DNA of 59,434 nt from a virus (taxonomy: Duplodnaviria > Caudoviricetes), in the IMG/VR virus record IMGVR_UViG_3300017645_000001, positions 1 to 59,434 of that record. One strand, 5' to 3'. Each line of letters begins with the position of its first letter. Within the stretch, counting starts at the first letter, position 1. The position numbers and the translations under genes are program-made. Below the pieces are notes generated by a model, which worked only from the letters and a program-made list of their open reading frames with translations, was not told the DNA's origin and searched no databases. This document shows positions 1 to 9,146 of the stretch, piece by piece.

Positions 1-119
1 CCGGCTTCCGCCAGAACCTTCGTGATCGCTGCCGTCAGCGACGTCTTGCCGTGGTCAACGTGACCAATCGTCCCGATGTTGCAGTGCGGCTTGCTGCGGT
101 TGAACTTCTCTTTAGCCAT
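1..119 (-). CDS. tuf: Elongation factor Tu, N-terminal part (runs off window edge)
   Basis: Minus strand reads [38 protein letters not shown], the EF-Tu N-terminus with P-loop; not in the ORF track. Confidence 0.97.
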   Translation of the reverse strand, partial: MAKEKFNRSKPHCNIGTIGHVDHGKTSLTAAITKVLAEA

Positions 120-238
120 TTTGGTCTGCGCTCTCTCTTTATGCTCTTTGTTTGACGGCCGCACGGTAGCGGCACGGGTTTGGCTCCGATCTCACTTTCG
201 GCCTTATATGAAAATGCGATGTCGGATTTTCAATGAAA

Positions 239-312
239 TGGAGCGGGTGAAGGGAATCGAACCCTCGTATTCAGCTTGGAAGGCTGCTGCTCTACCATTG
301 AGCTACACCCGC
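239..312 (-). tRNA. tRNA-Gly (TCC), intact copy reconstituted at the left prophage junction
   Basis: GCGGGTGTAGCTCAATGGTAGAGC...CTTCCAA anticodon loop...GGTTCGATTCCC...CCGCTCCA. Confidence 0.96.
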
Positions 313-313
313 A
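273..313. repeat. Attachment core, left copy (41-bp direct repeat)
   Basis: AGCTTGGAAGGCTGCTGCTCTACCATTGAGCTACACCCGCA is identical to 58335-58375. Confidence 0.95.
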
Positions 314-343
314 GATCGCGACTAGCGCGCTGATTTGATTGCC

Positions 344-349
344 ATTATA
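344..349 (-). promoter_or_regulatory. Candidate phage-supplied -10 element (TATAAT) for tRNA-Gly/tuf
   Basis: TATAAT on the minus strand about 31 bp upstream of the tRNA 5' end, inside phage DNA; no clean -35 at 17-bp spacing. Confidence 0.4.
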
Positions 350-422
350 GGCGCCAATCTGCAAGCCGGAAAACACAGCAAACCAGAACGAAAAGGCGCC
401 AAACGGAGATTCTCCGACCAAA

Positions 423-441
423 AGTCCCGCAGAAAATCCCG
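423..441. promoter_or_regulatory. Putative integrase arm-type site (tandem TCCCG)
   Basis: AGTCCCGCAGAAAATCCCG matches 58253-58271 (AGTCCCGTTGAAATTCCCG) at 16/19; the two flank the core in attP. Confidence 0.55.
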
Positions 442-447
442 CAGTTT

Positions 448-462
448 GTTCTGACGATGTTC
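448..462 (+). promoter_or_regulatory. Alphaproteobacterial LexA (SOS) box
   Basis: GTTC-tgacgat-GTTC (GTTC-N7-GTTC) upstream of ORF 531-998. Confidence 0.7.
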
Positions 463-530
463 TCGTGCTTAATTGGCTCTTGTGAGGGCAGCAACCATCA
501 CTCAGAGGAGATCGGCCGCAGGGCCGATGG

Positions 531-998
531 TTGCGCATGCGTCGTCTCCGATCTCTGCCGAAAGGCGACAATTACCGTCCGCTCGACCCGGCGGCGCCTC
601 TCACCCGTAGCCTCATCAAGGCCATGCTGGCGGCGCGCGACCCGCTGCCGTGGACGGCGACCGAGCCACCCGACGAACTGCCGCCTTTGGCCGCGCTGGC
701 GAAGCGGATCGAGGATCGGGCGAAGGCGGGGAAGACGGTACGGCTCACCCCGGAGACCGCTCGCCGCGTCGCCGCGGCGCTTTACCTGACGGCTGATGGT
801 CCGGTGCCGTGGACAGTGCTGCAAGACTACGGCTACCGGCTCGTCGAATATCCGACCGACGGTCCCGGCGAAGTCATCGCCTATTGCCGCAACCTCGACG
901 CTGGTATCGGCGCCTATGAGGCGGCGGTGCGAGCTGTGCCGGGGCGGCGGCTGGCGCTGCGCTGGGGCCAGTTTTCGCCGCGTAAGAACTTCAGATAG
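531..998 (+). CDS. Hypothetical protein, likely SOS-regulated moron
   Basis: 155-aa ORF downstream of a LexA box; start uncertain. Confidence 0.55.
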   Translation: MRMRRLRSLPKGDNYRPLDPAAPLTRSLIKAMLAARDPLPWTATEPPDELPPLAALAKRIEDRAKAGKTVRLTPETARRVAAALYLTADGPVPWTVLQDYGYRLVEYPTDGPGEVIAYCRNLDAGIGAYEAAVRAVPGRRLALRWGQFSPRKNFR

Positions 999-1027
999 GC
1001 GCTAGGCACGAACACGGACAACAAGCA

Positions 1028-1219
1028 ATGACGCGCATCCTAATGACGAAGACTTATCGCGGTCACACGATGGAACTGACGCGCGAGGGGCAGTTCTTCG
1101 TCGAGATCAAGGACGAGGGCGGTCTACACTTCGCAAAGACCGAGGGCTGCCGCACACCCGATTATGCCTTTACCGAGGCCCGCAAGATCATCGACAACGA
1201 GGACCGGCGCCGCCGATAA
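1028..1219 (+). CDS. Small hypothetical protein
   Basis: 63 aa, protein-like composition, followed by a GC hairpin at about 1238-1275. Confidence 0.55.
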   Translation: MTRILMTKTYRGHTMELTREGQFFVEIKDEGGLHFAKTEGCRTPDYAFTEARKIIDNEDRRRR

Positions 1220-1454
1220 AGCGCCGCCCCCATAGGTAGCCCGCCCGTGGGGTTCGGGCCGCCACGGACGGGCTGGGCAGGTGCGCTCGCGCGCACTGCG
1301 TTAATTGCACGCGGCGATAGTGGTTCCTAATAAAAAGAGCCTGCTTACGATTGGGGGCAATAAAGCAGTAGGCGGGATCGTTCCCCGGCGCAGTCGGAAC
1401 AGTCTGACGGCCTAGCCGCTTAGCAACACGGGCTGGCGGCAGCCGGAGGAACCT

Positions 1455-1640
1455 ATGAGCGACGATTTGAGCAAGCGTGCGCCGGCCGATGCCAGCCGGA
1501 TAGACCTCATCCTGCGGCCACCGCTGCTTGAGATTGCGCGCCGCCTGGACGGCGCGGGCTTCAACGTGCCGGAACGTACGGTCGACGCCGTTGACCACGA
1601 TGTCCCAGCCGTCGGTGTCTTCGAGAATGCCGTTCTTCAT
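1455..1640. pseudogene. Probable deletion-fused remnants of two convergent small genes
   Basis: Plus strand: GGAGG RBS then MSDDLSKRAPADASRIDL (DUF3606-like start). Minus strand: MKNGILEDTDGWDIVVNGVDRTFR...DEV. Both lose protein-like character near 1505. Confidence 0.35.
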
Positions 1641-1852
1641 GGCGGCCGCATAAGCGATTCCTCGGGAAGCCAAAACAAAATACCGCCCAGGGAAGGGGCT
1701 TGAAATCTGAGTCGGATTTTCTAAATTTTACAGCCGTCAGAAAGGAGGTTCTTGGAGGTCCCAATGATTCCAGAGCTTTTTGCCGTGACGGCTTTCCTGT
1801 CTACCCTGTGCGTCCTTTTCGCGTTTTGGCTCAACGATGGAGGGACCCTGGC

Positions 1853-2194
1853 ATGACAAACGCTATCCGCTATGCCGACACCCCCGTTGATCCGGCCCTC
1901 GCCGGGCTCCTGCGGCCTGGCGACACATACGCCCGCCCTCATGACGTCGTGGCGTCCCCACATCTCAGCCGGGAGGAAAAACGGGCGATCCTGTCGTCCT
2001 GGGCGTCGGATGCGTGCGCCGTCGAATCGGCCCCGACGCTTCGAAAGCCACCAGGTGCACCGGCGCCGGTATCATTCGACGAAATCATCGACGCGCTTCA
2101 GTCTCTGGACCACGATGATCCGCCGCCCCGTCCCGGCGGCAAATCAATGCCTGTGCTCTGGCCCCACGGGGGCCAGAGTCACGGCCTCACATAG
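1853..2194 (+). CDS. Conserved alphaproteobacterial hypothetical protein (EKRAILSSWASDACAVES motif)
   Basis: GGAGG RBS before ATG 1853; possible RpoH-like CTTGAA element near 1700. Confidence 0.65.
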   Translation: MTNAIRYADTPVDPALAGLLRPGDTYARPHDVVASPHLSREEKRAILSSWASDACAVESAPTLRKPPGAPAPVSFDEIIDALQSLDHDDPPPRPGGKSMPVLWPHGGQSHGLT

Positions 2195-2688
2195 GCAATG
2201 ACCCGCCCGCGCGGATACGTCGCCGTGCCCCAGCGCCGGTTATGGTTGCCGGAAAAGATGATCGGATTGCCGTTCGCATCGACGCCACGGACGATGCCGA
2301 CGTGCCCGCCCCGCCGGCCGCGCGACAGCACGGCGACGGCGCCCGGCACCGGCCCGGAGATGCGCGGAAACCGGAGCCAGGCGCGCGCCGGCCACAGCTC
2401 GCGGACATGCCGGCCGAATAGCTTGAGCGCCAGCCCGCAGCCACACCAGAGGGGCGGACAGCCGGCCGGACGGCCGCCGGAGGCTTGCTGGCGCGATATT
2501 CTGCCCTGCCCACTACCCACATAGCCGCCGATGCCAAAAGCCGCCTCAGCGACTTCCGTGGCGGCGATGCACCGTCCGTCATTGTCGCACCGCGCCTCCA
2601 TCTGCTGCTGGCGTGGTCCTGCATTGGCAGCCGTCACCGCCAGCGCCAATGCGCAAGCGATCACGACGGCGCTCCAGGCGCGCGTCAT
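2179..2688 (-). CDS. Signal-peptide CHAP/TIGR02594-like cell-wall hydrolase
   Basis: Hydrophobic leader; WCG...GAVAV...GGHVGIV...SGNH motifs. Confidence 0.7.
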   Translation of the reverse strand: MTRAWSAVVIACALALAVTAANAGPRQQQMEARCDNDGRCIAATEVAEAAFGIGGYVGSGQGRISRQQASGGRPAGCPPLWCGCGLALKLFGRHVRELWPARAWLRFPRISGPVPGAVAVLSRGRRGGHVGIVRGVDANGNPIIFSGNHNRRWGTATYPRGRVIAYVRP

Positions 2689-2717
2689 TGGCAAGGTCTC
2701 CGAAATCGACGAAGGGG

Positions 2718-3014
2718 TTACTTTGCCGCCGCCGGCTCGCGGCGGATCAGGCTTTTGATGTCGGCTTTGATCTCCGTCACGTCGCGCTGGACGGATTCCA
2801 TCTTGCTCTCGACGCGCGTGAGGCGATCGGACTGGACCGGCGCGGAGGCAGAGCTGACCGCACTCGCCTTTTCCAGCACGTTCACCCGCTCATTGAGCGA
2901 GGACGCCCACCAGATGAAGACGCCGGTTTGCCCGATGATCGTCAGGATCAGTGCGAGCGGCACTTTCTTGTCGAGACGCCAGAACCTCTCGGACGGGTCC
3001 GGTCGATCGTTCAT
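2718..3014 (-). CDS. Membrane protein with coiled coil, lysis region
   Basis: LDKKVPLALILTIIGQTGVFIWW transmembrane segment then coiled coil. Confidence 0.7.
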   Translation of the reverse strand: MNDRPDPSERFWRLDKKVPLALILTIIGQTGVFIWWASSLNERVNVLEKASAVSSASAPVQSDRLTRVESKMESVQRDVTEIKADIKSLIRREPAAAK

Positions 3015-3262
3015 TTCGCTGTCCCCCACCCGCACAGCGCCCTGCCAGCCGCGTTATGCCCCTTGATCTTGGCGACTGTCTCAGCCGTATCGCTGCCCGA
3101 CCAATAAATCGGCTCGAACGTTGCACAGGCGACGCGGATACTATCCGCGCTCGTCGTCACGCCGCTTGAAGCCGTCGTCGTCGCGCAGGATGCTGTCAGG
3201 ATCCCGAGCGAGATCAGCACGCACAAGGTCACGAGCGCTCTTGGCGCGGTTGATTGCATCAT
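3011..3262 (-). CDS. Putative o-spanin (Rz1-like lipoprotein)
   Basis: Lipobox LTAS-C; overlaps the 3' end of the i-spanin candidate in another frame. Confidence 0.6.
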   Translation of the reverse strand: MMQSTAPRALVTLCVLISLGILTASCATTTASSGVTTSADSIRVACATFEPIYWSGSDTAETVAKIKGHNAAGRALCGWGTAK

Positions 3263-3389
3263 CGGCCTCCCGAAGTCCTTTGAGGATGGCGGCGGCGGTT
3301 GCGTCGTCGATGGTCTTGCGATCCCGCAGGTACTCAGCGAGCACCCGCAGGATCGCCAGAGCCGACGCGATGGCGGAAAGCCAGGTCAT
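3141..3389 (-). CDS. Putative i-spanin (Rz-like)
   Basis: MTWLSAIASALAILRVL N-terminal TM then helical region ending DDDGFKR. Confidence 0.6.
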   Translation of the reverse strand: MTWLSAIASALAILRVLAEYLRDRKTIDDATAAAILKGLREADDAINRAKSARDLVRADLARDPDSILRDDDGFKRRDDERG

Positions 3390-3562
3390 GCGGCCGGCCG
3401 GGTGCGTTCCCAGAAGAACCACCAGACGAACGCACCGACGCTCAACACACCGCCGACCGCCGCCTGAAACTGCGCACTCTGCGCAACAGCATCGCCAAGG
3501 AGATAGCCGCCTGCCGCATACGCAACGATACGCACCACCTGCTGGATGGAATCCCAGGTCAT
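3386..3562 (-). CDS. Putative holin (58 aa, two TM segments; absent from ORF track)
   Basis: MTWDSIQQVVRIVAYAAGGYLLG...VGGVLSVGAFVWWFFWERTRPAA; AGGTG RBS; lies between endolysin and spanins. Confidence 0.7.
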   Translation of the reverse strand: MTWDSIQQVVRIVAYAAGGYLLGDAVAQSAQFQAAVGGVLSVGAFVWWFFWERTRPAA

Positions 3563-3607
3563 GTCTCACCTATGTTTTCGGAATTGCCCGGAGCCGCCGG
3601 GTACGGG

Positions 3608-3946
3608 TTACTCGTCAAACGGCCTCAACGGGACCGTCTGGCCTGCAAGAGCGTGCGTGCAGTCATTGAGAAACTGGATTTGACCGTCCGTCACGAATGA
3701 GTGGCAGACCGTCCGTTCCGGCTCGATTTTCTCGCCGGACAGAATGAGATCACGCTCTGCATCAGTGATACGGCGCGTGCCGCGCACCAGCACTGAAGGT
3801 GTGAAGGTGGGGCGCTCGTGATCGCCGTTGAAGCCCCAACGCGGCCCCGGCCCTTCCCCGACCTGCACCGCGTGCGCACCATCGCAGCCGGGACACCAGA
3901 ACATCAGTCGGCCACCCTTCGCGGACCGCAGAATCTCATTTTTCAT
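3608..3946 (-). CDS. DUF6527-like protein
   Basis: FWCPGC...H, W.FNGD..RPTFTPSVL, CHSFVTDGQIQFL.DCTH.LAGQTV. Confidence 0.8.
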   Translation of the reverse strand: MKNEILRSAKGGRLMFWCPGCDGAHAVQVGEGPGPRWGFNGDHERPTFTPSVLVRGTRRITDAERDLILSGEKIEPERTVCHSFVTDGQIQFLNDCTHALAGQTVPLRPFDE

Positions 3947-3967
3947 GTGATCCTCTAAATTGCGCGA

Positions 3968-4750
3968 TCACGCTTCGCGGACAGACACGGCCGCAGCGAA
4001 TGTCGTCTTGACCCGGCCGGTGTTCGGGACCGGCAGGCCCTTCGGCCACATCCACGTCACCGCCCGGCTGTGCGGGAATTTCGCGATGTTGACCTGATCG
4101 GACTGGTTGCCACCCCGGCCGAACCAGCCGGCGCCGTCCTCGCCCTCGTAGAGCGTGACGTGGCCCCCGCCAGACCGGGACATGACGCCGATGGCTCCCA
4201 GCGTCGGCCCTGGCAGGCGCACACCGTCCCGCCAGGCATCCCGCCAGTTCAGCGCCCAGAGCGGCGCCTCGGGCGGCTTCTGCCCGGCCATGGCGCAGGC
4301 ATAGGCCACGGCGAGTCCGCACCACGGCGTCTCGTCCGCCCCATACCAGCCGACCCCAGCCTTGAGGCTCGGATAGCGCGCAACGATCTCGGTGGCCCAG
4401 CCGAGGATGACCGGGTTATTGCCCTTGCCAGCGACCTCCTTCGTGCCGGTGATGGCGCGCATCACCGACAGGTGCGGCGCGATCTTCGCCGACGATGCCA
4501 GCGGCTTCTCCGCCGGCGCGGTCTTGACGCGATCGAGCGCCGCCGCAGTCAGCGAGCCGACGATGCCGTCCGGTTTCAGCCCGGCCGTGCGCTGGAATTG
4601 CTCGACGGCCGTCTTCGTGATCGGCCCGAACACCCTATCGGCGACGAGCTGGGCGCCCTGCGCCCGCAGCGCGATCTGAAGTGCAAGCACGGCGTCGCCC
4701 TTTGCGCCCAAGCGCAAGGGTGCGCGCGCCACGAGGGCGGCGATGGTCAT
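3968..4750 (-). CDS. Endolysin: peptidoglycan-binding domain plus TIGR02594/CHAP-like domain
   Basis: FGPITKTAVEQFQ...GLKPDGIVG; DETPWCG...GGGHVT...GGNQSD. Confidence 0.88.
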   Translation of the reverse strand: MTIAALVARAPLRLGAKGDAVLALQIALRAQGAQLVADRVFGPITKTAVEQFQRTAGLKPDGIVGSLTAAALDRVKTAPAEKPLASSAKIAPHLSVMRAITGTKEVAGKGNNPVILGWATEIVARYPSLKAGVGWYGADETPWCGLAVAYACAMAGQKPPEAPLWALNWRDAWRDGVRLPGPTLGAIGVMSRSGGGHVTLYEGEDGAGWFGRGGNQSDQVNIAKFPHSRAVTWMWPKGLPVPNTGRVKTTFAAAVSVREA

Positions 4751-4792
4751 GTCACATTGTCCTTAGAGATTGCGGGACGCTAGAATGCACCC

Positions 4793-5044
4793 ATGTTCTG
4801 GGTTGTCATGACGATGCTGGCTGTGGCGGCCGTGATCGGCGTTGCCACCGCCGTTCTCTCACCGCAGCACGCCGGCACCGCCGAGGCGGTTGCCTATGCG
4901 ACGGGCTTCGCGGCGCTCGCTCTGGTGTTCGGACGAGCCACGCTCTTTAAGTACCGCGGCAACTTCTCCCAACTCACCAACCATGCGCTGATCTGGGTGG
5001 CGATCGCTGTCATTGCCGCGATCGTCGGATGGATGGTCGGATAG
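4793..5044 (+). CDS. Small multi-TM membrane protein (moron, opposite strand)
   Basis: 83 aa with three hydrophobic helices, between tail fibre and lysis genes. Confidence 0.55.
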   Translation: MFWVVMTMLAVAAVIGVATAVLSPQHAGTAEAVAYATGFAALALVFGRATLFKYRGNFSQLTNHALIWVAIAVIAAIVGWMVG

Positions 5045-5069
5045 GCACCGCATGCCGCGAAGGTTGCCA

Positions 5070-6857
5070 TTACCGCAGCCTCGTCGCGGTGAAATAGGTG
5101 TCCGTCGCTGCGCCAGAAATCGTAGTCGAGCCGGTCGAGTTTCCGTAGGACAGATATAGCTCATAGTAATCAGAGCCATTGCCCACGACCGAAACGACCG
5201 GGAGAGCGACCCGTACCTGCCCGACAGCGCCGTTGTTCTGCTGTGGACCGACAAGATAGATGGTGCCGTTCTTGCGCAGCGTGATCGAGACGTAAGACCC
5301 ATCGCTAACGCTTAAGAGTGTCGCGTATCCCCCGAGCAGCCATCGCTCCCCATCTCCGGGCGTGAATCGGCTGTTCGATGTATCCCAGCGATTCCCCTCA
5401 TTGATGGCAGCTGTGCCGAAGGTGACGCCGACAACGTCGCCATTGTTGAGCGTTTGATTGGTGCCATTCTTGTGCGCCAGCACCATCGCGCCAACGGTCG
5501 GCTCGGCGGCCGGCACGTTGTAGAGATTCGACGCGTCGAGCGCCGGCAGCTTGCCGCCAGGCTGGACAACGACAACATCACCGGCATCGGTGCCGATATC
5601 GAGCGCGGTCAGAACCGGCGACCAGGTGCCGCCACTGTCCTTTGCTTCGATTGTGCCAGAGTTGTCGCGGATGCCGTAGCCGGTGCCGCCAAGAGTTGGC
5701 CCAAAGTTATAATAACCGCTTGCTGCCCGAATTTGAGAAGCAACAAAACTTGCTGTTCCTGATAGATCGGCAAGGTAAGCAACAAGTGTTGTGCCAGAAC
5801 GTCCCAAGGCAGGAAACGCACTCGTATTCCCGCCGAAGTTCAGCGAGGTAAATCCAGACTGCGCATTGTTTTGAAGAGTGATGACACCGTCTGATGGAGC
5901 AATGATCTTAGCTCTGGTATTGATAGCATAATAACCATCAGCCGCGATTGACCAGCTTCGATCGGTTACAAGTTCGGCGCCCGCTAGCGGAATCACAAAT
6001 GGCCGGCGGCCATCAAAACTTCCATCAGGGTCGCCGTCGGCGGTTAGCAACACATAAAAATTTACCGTATCCTTTCTTAAGATCGCAGACGCCGTCGTCC
6101 CGCTAGACGATTTTATAACAATGGCGTTGCCACCAGGTTTAATATTCAGCGTGCCGGCACCATCCAGCCCCGCATACCCGTTTGGCACACCCTTCTTCGC
6201 CGCGTTCTCCGGCGTGAAGCCGAGCGCGGTGACGATCTCGGCGGAGGTCAGCACACCCTCAACCTTAAGCCAGTTTCCGGCATAGGTCGTCGAACTCGCG
6301 TTATCCTTGATGGCGTACAGACAATCGCCAACGCTGAAAGAAACGCCCCCGACCGTCCCGGCAGTGCTCACCATGTAAAACCAGCCGGTCAGCGCCGCGC
6401 CGCCACCGGGGAACGTGCCGCCCGCTGCGCTCCATGCACCCTTGAAGACCAGAGCGCCGGAAACCAATGCGGCAAGCGTGTTGATCTCGCCACGAACAAA
6501 ACCACAGGTGGCGACCTGGGACGTATTGGTGCCATTCGGGGCGGTCGGCGCGGTCGGAGTCCCGGTGAATGCCGGCGATTGGGTCGGCGCCGCACCAAGA
6601 AGCGACAAAACCGCCGAGGCCGACGCCGCGGCAAGCAACGACCGAGAGTAATCGGTCAGCGTGGTCAACTTGCCGGTGCCTGCGCCATCCACATACGGAA
6701 CGCTGTTCGGCGTCGCCGCAAGTTCGGCCATCGCCAGAAACAGGCCGGTCAGCGTCACGCCATGATCGGCATTCCAGTCGCTGCCCTTGACGGCGCCAGC
6801 CGGCGCGCCGACATCGGGCGCATCGGAATGCGCCGCGTGCTTGATCGAGATACCCAT
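5070..6857 (-). CDS. Tail fibre / receptor-binding protein
   Basis: SPAFTGTPTAPTA...NTSQVAT fibre motif; C1q-like C-terminus; distal position in tail module. Confidence 0.85.
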   Translation of the reverse strand: MGISIKHAAHSDAPDVGAPAGAVKGSDWNADHGVTLTGLFLAMAELAATPNSVPYVDGAGTGKLTTLTDYSRSLLAAASASAVLSLLGAAPTQSPAFTGTPTAPTAPNGTNTSQVATCGFVRGEINTLAALVSGALVFKGAWSAAGGTFPGGGAALTGWFYMVSTAGTVGGVSFSVGDCLYAIKDNASSTTYAGNWLKVEGVLTSAEIVTALGFTPENAAKKGVPNGYAGLDGAGTLNIKPGGNAIVIKSSSGTTASAILRKDTVNFYVLLTADGDPDGSFDGRRPFVIPLAGAELVTDRSWSIAADGYYAINTRAKIIAPSDGVITLQNNAQSGFTSLNFGGNTSAFPALGRSGTTLVAYLADLSGTASFVASQIRAASGYYNFGPTLGGTGYGIRDNSGTIEAKDSGGTWSPVLTALDIGTDAGDVVVVQPGGKLPALDASNLYNVPAAEPTVGAMVLAHKNGTNQTLNNGDVVGVTFGTAAINEGNRWDTSNSRFTPGDGERWLLGGYATLLSVSDGSYVSITLRKNGTIYLVGPQQNNGAVGQVRVALPVVSVVGNGSDYYELYLSYGNSTGSTTISGAATDTYFTATRLR

Positions 6858-6898
6858 GAAAATGTCCTAAATAGAGATACCGGGCGACGAAGCGGCGA

Positions 6899-7279
6899 TC
6901 AGGTGCCGGCGGGATAAGCGGGGCGCGTCGGCAATACAGGCGGCGGACCCTCGGTCAAATTGACAACGCCGCGCAGCGCCGCGCGGTAGTCTTTCCACTC
7001 CTGCGGCACGGAGACATCCGCCTCGAAACAGCGCAGCACCGTGCGGTCACTCTCATAAAGCGCGGCACGGGCCTGCGCGCGCACATCGTCGAGCGTGACG
7101 ACAGTCGGCGGAGGCGGCCCAAACTGCTCATCCTGATAGGTGTCGCCAACCGCTACTTGCTCCGGATCGCACTCGACAAATGCGAGGGTTCCGGGAAATG
7201 CTTCGGTGATCGGCAGATCATCCGGCAACGCCACGATCTCGGCGACCAGATCGGTCTCGATGCGAGCATAGTGTTTCAT
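6899..7279 (-). CDS. Tail fibre assembly chaperone-like protein
   Basis: ALYESD...EWKDYRAALR...LPTRP pattern. Confidence 0.7.
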   Translation of the reverse strand: MKHYARIETDLVAEIVALPDDLPITEAFPGTLAFVECDPEQVAVGDTYQDEQFGPPPPTVVTLDDVRAQARAALYESDRTVLRCFEADVSVPQEWKDYRAALRGVVNLTEGPPPVLPTRPAYPAGT

Positions 7280-7293
7280 CGGAAATAGCCCTC

Positions 7294-8448
7294 TCAGTAG
7301 GACAGGATGACAAGGCCATCGCCGCCCTTGCCGCCAGCATTGGTGAAACCGGACTGCGAACCGCCGCCGGCACCGCCGGCACCGGGACCGCCGGCAATGC
7401 CCGTGCCATAGTTGCCCTGGCCGCCGCCACCGAGATACGGCGCATCACCGCCATTGCCACCGGCTGTAAACGCAATTGCAGGCGTCGCCGGGACAGCAAC
7501 CTTGCCGGCGCTCCCGGTCAGATTGAGATCGCCGCCGCTACCGACACCGGGAACGCCAGAACCGATGCCGAGCCCGCCCGCCGTACCGCCGAGACCTTTC
7601 TTGCCACCCGTCGCCGCGCAGTAAGCGCCGAACGACGACGATCCGCCGTCGACACCGTTGGCGCCGTTGCCCGCGCCGCCAGCACCGCCGGCGCCGATGG
7701 TCACGGAAATATTCGCGCCGGGTGTCACGGTGCAGAGCTTTTGCGAATAGCCGCCGCTATCACCGCCGCCGCCACCGCAGGGGCCAGACGAATGCGAGGC
7801 CCCGCCGCCACCCGCCGCGCCCCACACTTGCGCATAAACTTGGGTAACACTGGCCGGCACGGTCCAACTTTGCGAAGAACTGATGACGATAAGATTCCGA
7901 CCGAACATCGGCGGCAACGCCGGCGCCGTCGCAAAGGTGCAGAGCAACTGAAACTTGACGCCATCAAACATCATCAGCGCAATCGCGCTGGCCGGTAGAT
8001 CACCGGTCACGAGATCGGCGCCATCGATCTTTTTCAGCGCCTTGGTCGAGAGCGCATTCGCCTTGACGGTCGTCGCGCCGGTGACGTTGTTCGCGACTTT
8101 CACGGCCAGCATCAATCCGCCGCTGCCATAGTTCGTCACCGGCGGATCGAACGCCGCGACGATGGCATTCGCAGCCCCGCTGCTATCCTCAGCGTAGCGG
8201 GTCGAAACCGCCTGCATTGCGCGCCACAGCATGTCATCGCCGTTGTCGAGCGTGATGCCGGAATTGGCGAATGCCGTGCGTAGTTGCGCGAGCACGTCAT
8301 TAAGGAAGTCCGCCGGCAGAATTGTCCCGTCCCTCAGCGCAGGGTTGCTGCAATCACGAAACCAGGTTGGGTCCGCACCGCGCGAAATTGTGCGGGTAGG
8401 ACGAGTGACGACGGCATTAGTGGATGCCGGGCCAAGAACGTCGGTCAT
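7294..8448 (-). CDS. Tail fibre protein with Gly-rich C-terminal domain
   Basis: WTVPASVTQVY...GGGGG...GGDGLVILSY; follows baseplate genes. Confidence 0.8.
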   Translation of the reverse strand: MTDVLGPASTNAVVTRPTRTISRGADPTWFRDCSNPALRDGTILPADFLNDVLAQLRTAFANSGITLDNGDDMLWRAMQAVSTRYAEDSSGAANAIVAAFDPPVTNYGSGGLMLAVKVANNVTGATTVKANALSTKALKKIDGADLVTGDLPASAIALMMFDGVKFQLLCTFATAPALPPMFGRNLIVISSSQSWTVPASVTQVYAQVWGAAGGGGASHSSGPCGGGGGDSGGYSQKLCTVTPGANISVTIGAGGAGGAGNGANGVDGGSSSFGAYCAATGGKKGLGGTAGGLGIGSGVPGVGSGGDLNLTGSAGKVAVPATPAIAFTAGGNGGDAPYLGGGGQGNYGTGIAGGPGAGGAGGGSQSGFTNAGGKGGDGLVILSY

Positions 8449-8458
8449 CTTGGGAGCC

Positions 8459-9142
8459 TCAGATTGTGAGATAAACGAGCGAGACGTGCGCCGGGACGAT
8501 TCGTTCAAGCAGGCATTGCAGGCTTGAAATGTCAGGATCGCAGGCCAGAGGTAAACCCGCCATCAGTAGGCCGGGCTGCGGAGGCGTCTGAACGCTGCCG
8601 GTGAAAGACGGGCTGGCGTGTGTATCGACAGTGATCGTAAGAACGGCGGCAAGCGCATTACCGATCATGCCCGCACCAGCGAAGAAATCGCCGATCTGAT
8701 CTCCGCACCACTCGCTGCCATCGTCGCACCAAATTGCCCATCCTGCGCGCGATGCGATAACAGCAAAATACTCGCACCTTGTACCGCCAGTAGCAGCTAC
8801 CTTCGTGCAGAGGTCAGGATAGGCGTCGCACGGGTCTGGTAGACCGTATTCGATCATCCATTGGTCACGGGTCTCATTGGCGGTGGCGCAGAACATTTCG
8901 AGCGCAAGAGCGCAAAGACGTTGATGCGCAAAATCGATCACACCAGCGACCGCCGACCAAAAGCGGTACATGACAGAGCCGGAGGTCGGCTTTGCATCAT
9001 ATGCCGCCGGATCGAACGATCCGGCGGAAAAAGCCGCATCCCGATAAGGCTCGGGTCCACCCAAGTTTGATTGCCATGCGCGGCCGCGCGGCAACAGCGC
9101 CAGCAGCGCGGCCAGCGTTTCATCACGAGTTGGGCAGTGCAT
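8459..9142 (-). CDS. Baseplate wedge protein (YmfQ/DUF2313, Mu gp48-like)
   Basis: LLALLPRGRAW...W..EYGLPDPC...LQCLLERIVPAH. Confidence 0.85.
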   Translation of the reverse strand: MHCPTRDETLAALLALLPRGRAWQSNLGGPEPYRDAAFSAGSFDPAAYDAKPTSGSVMYRFWSAVAGVIDFAHQRLCALALEMFCATANETRDQWMIEYGLPDPCDAYPDLCTKVAATGGTRCEYFAVIASRAGWAIWCDDGSEWCGDQIGDFFAGAGMIGNALAAVLTITVDTHASPSFTGSVQTPPQPGLLMAGLPLACDPDISSLQCLLERIVPAHVSLVYLTI

Positions 9143-9146
9143 CGAA

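Noticed and set aside
76-571. ORFs 76-333 and 230-571
   Set aside because: They overlap tuf and tRNA-Gly; spurious.
5070-8448. Diversity-generating retroelement or invertible fibre switch
   Set aside because: No reverse transcriptase, TR/VR pair or invertase seen.
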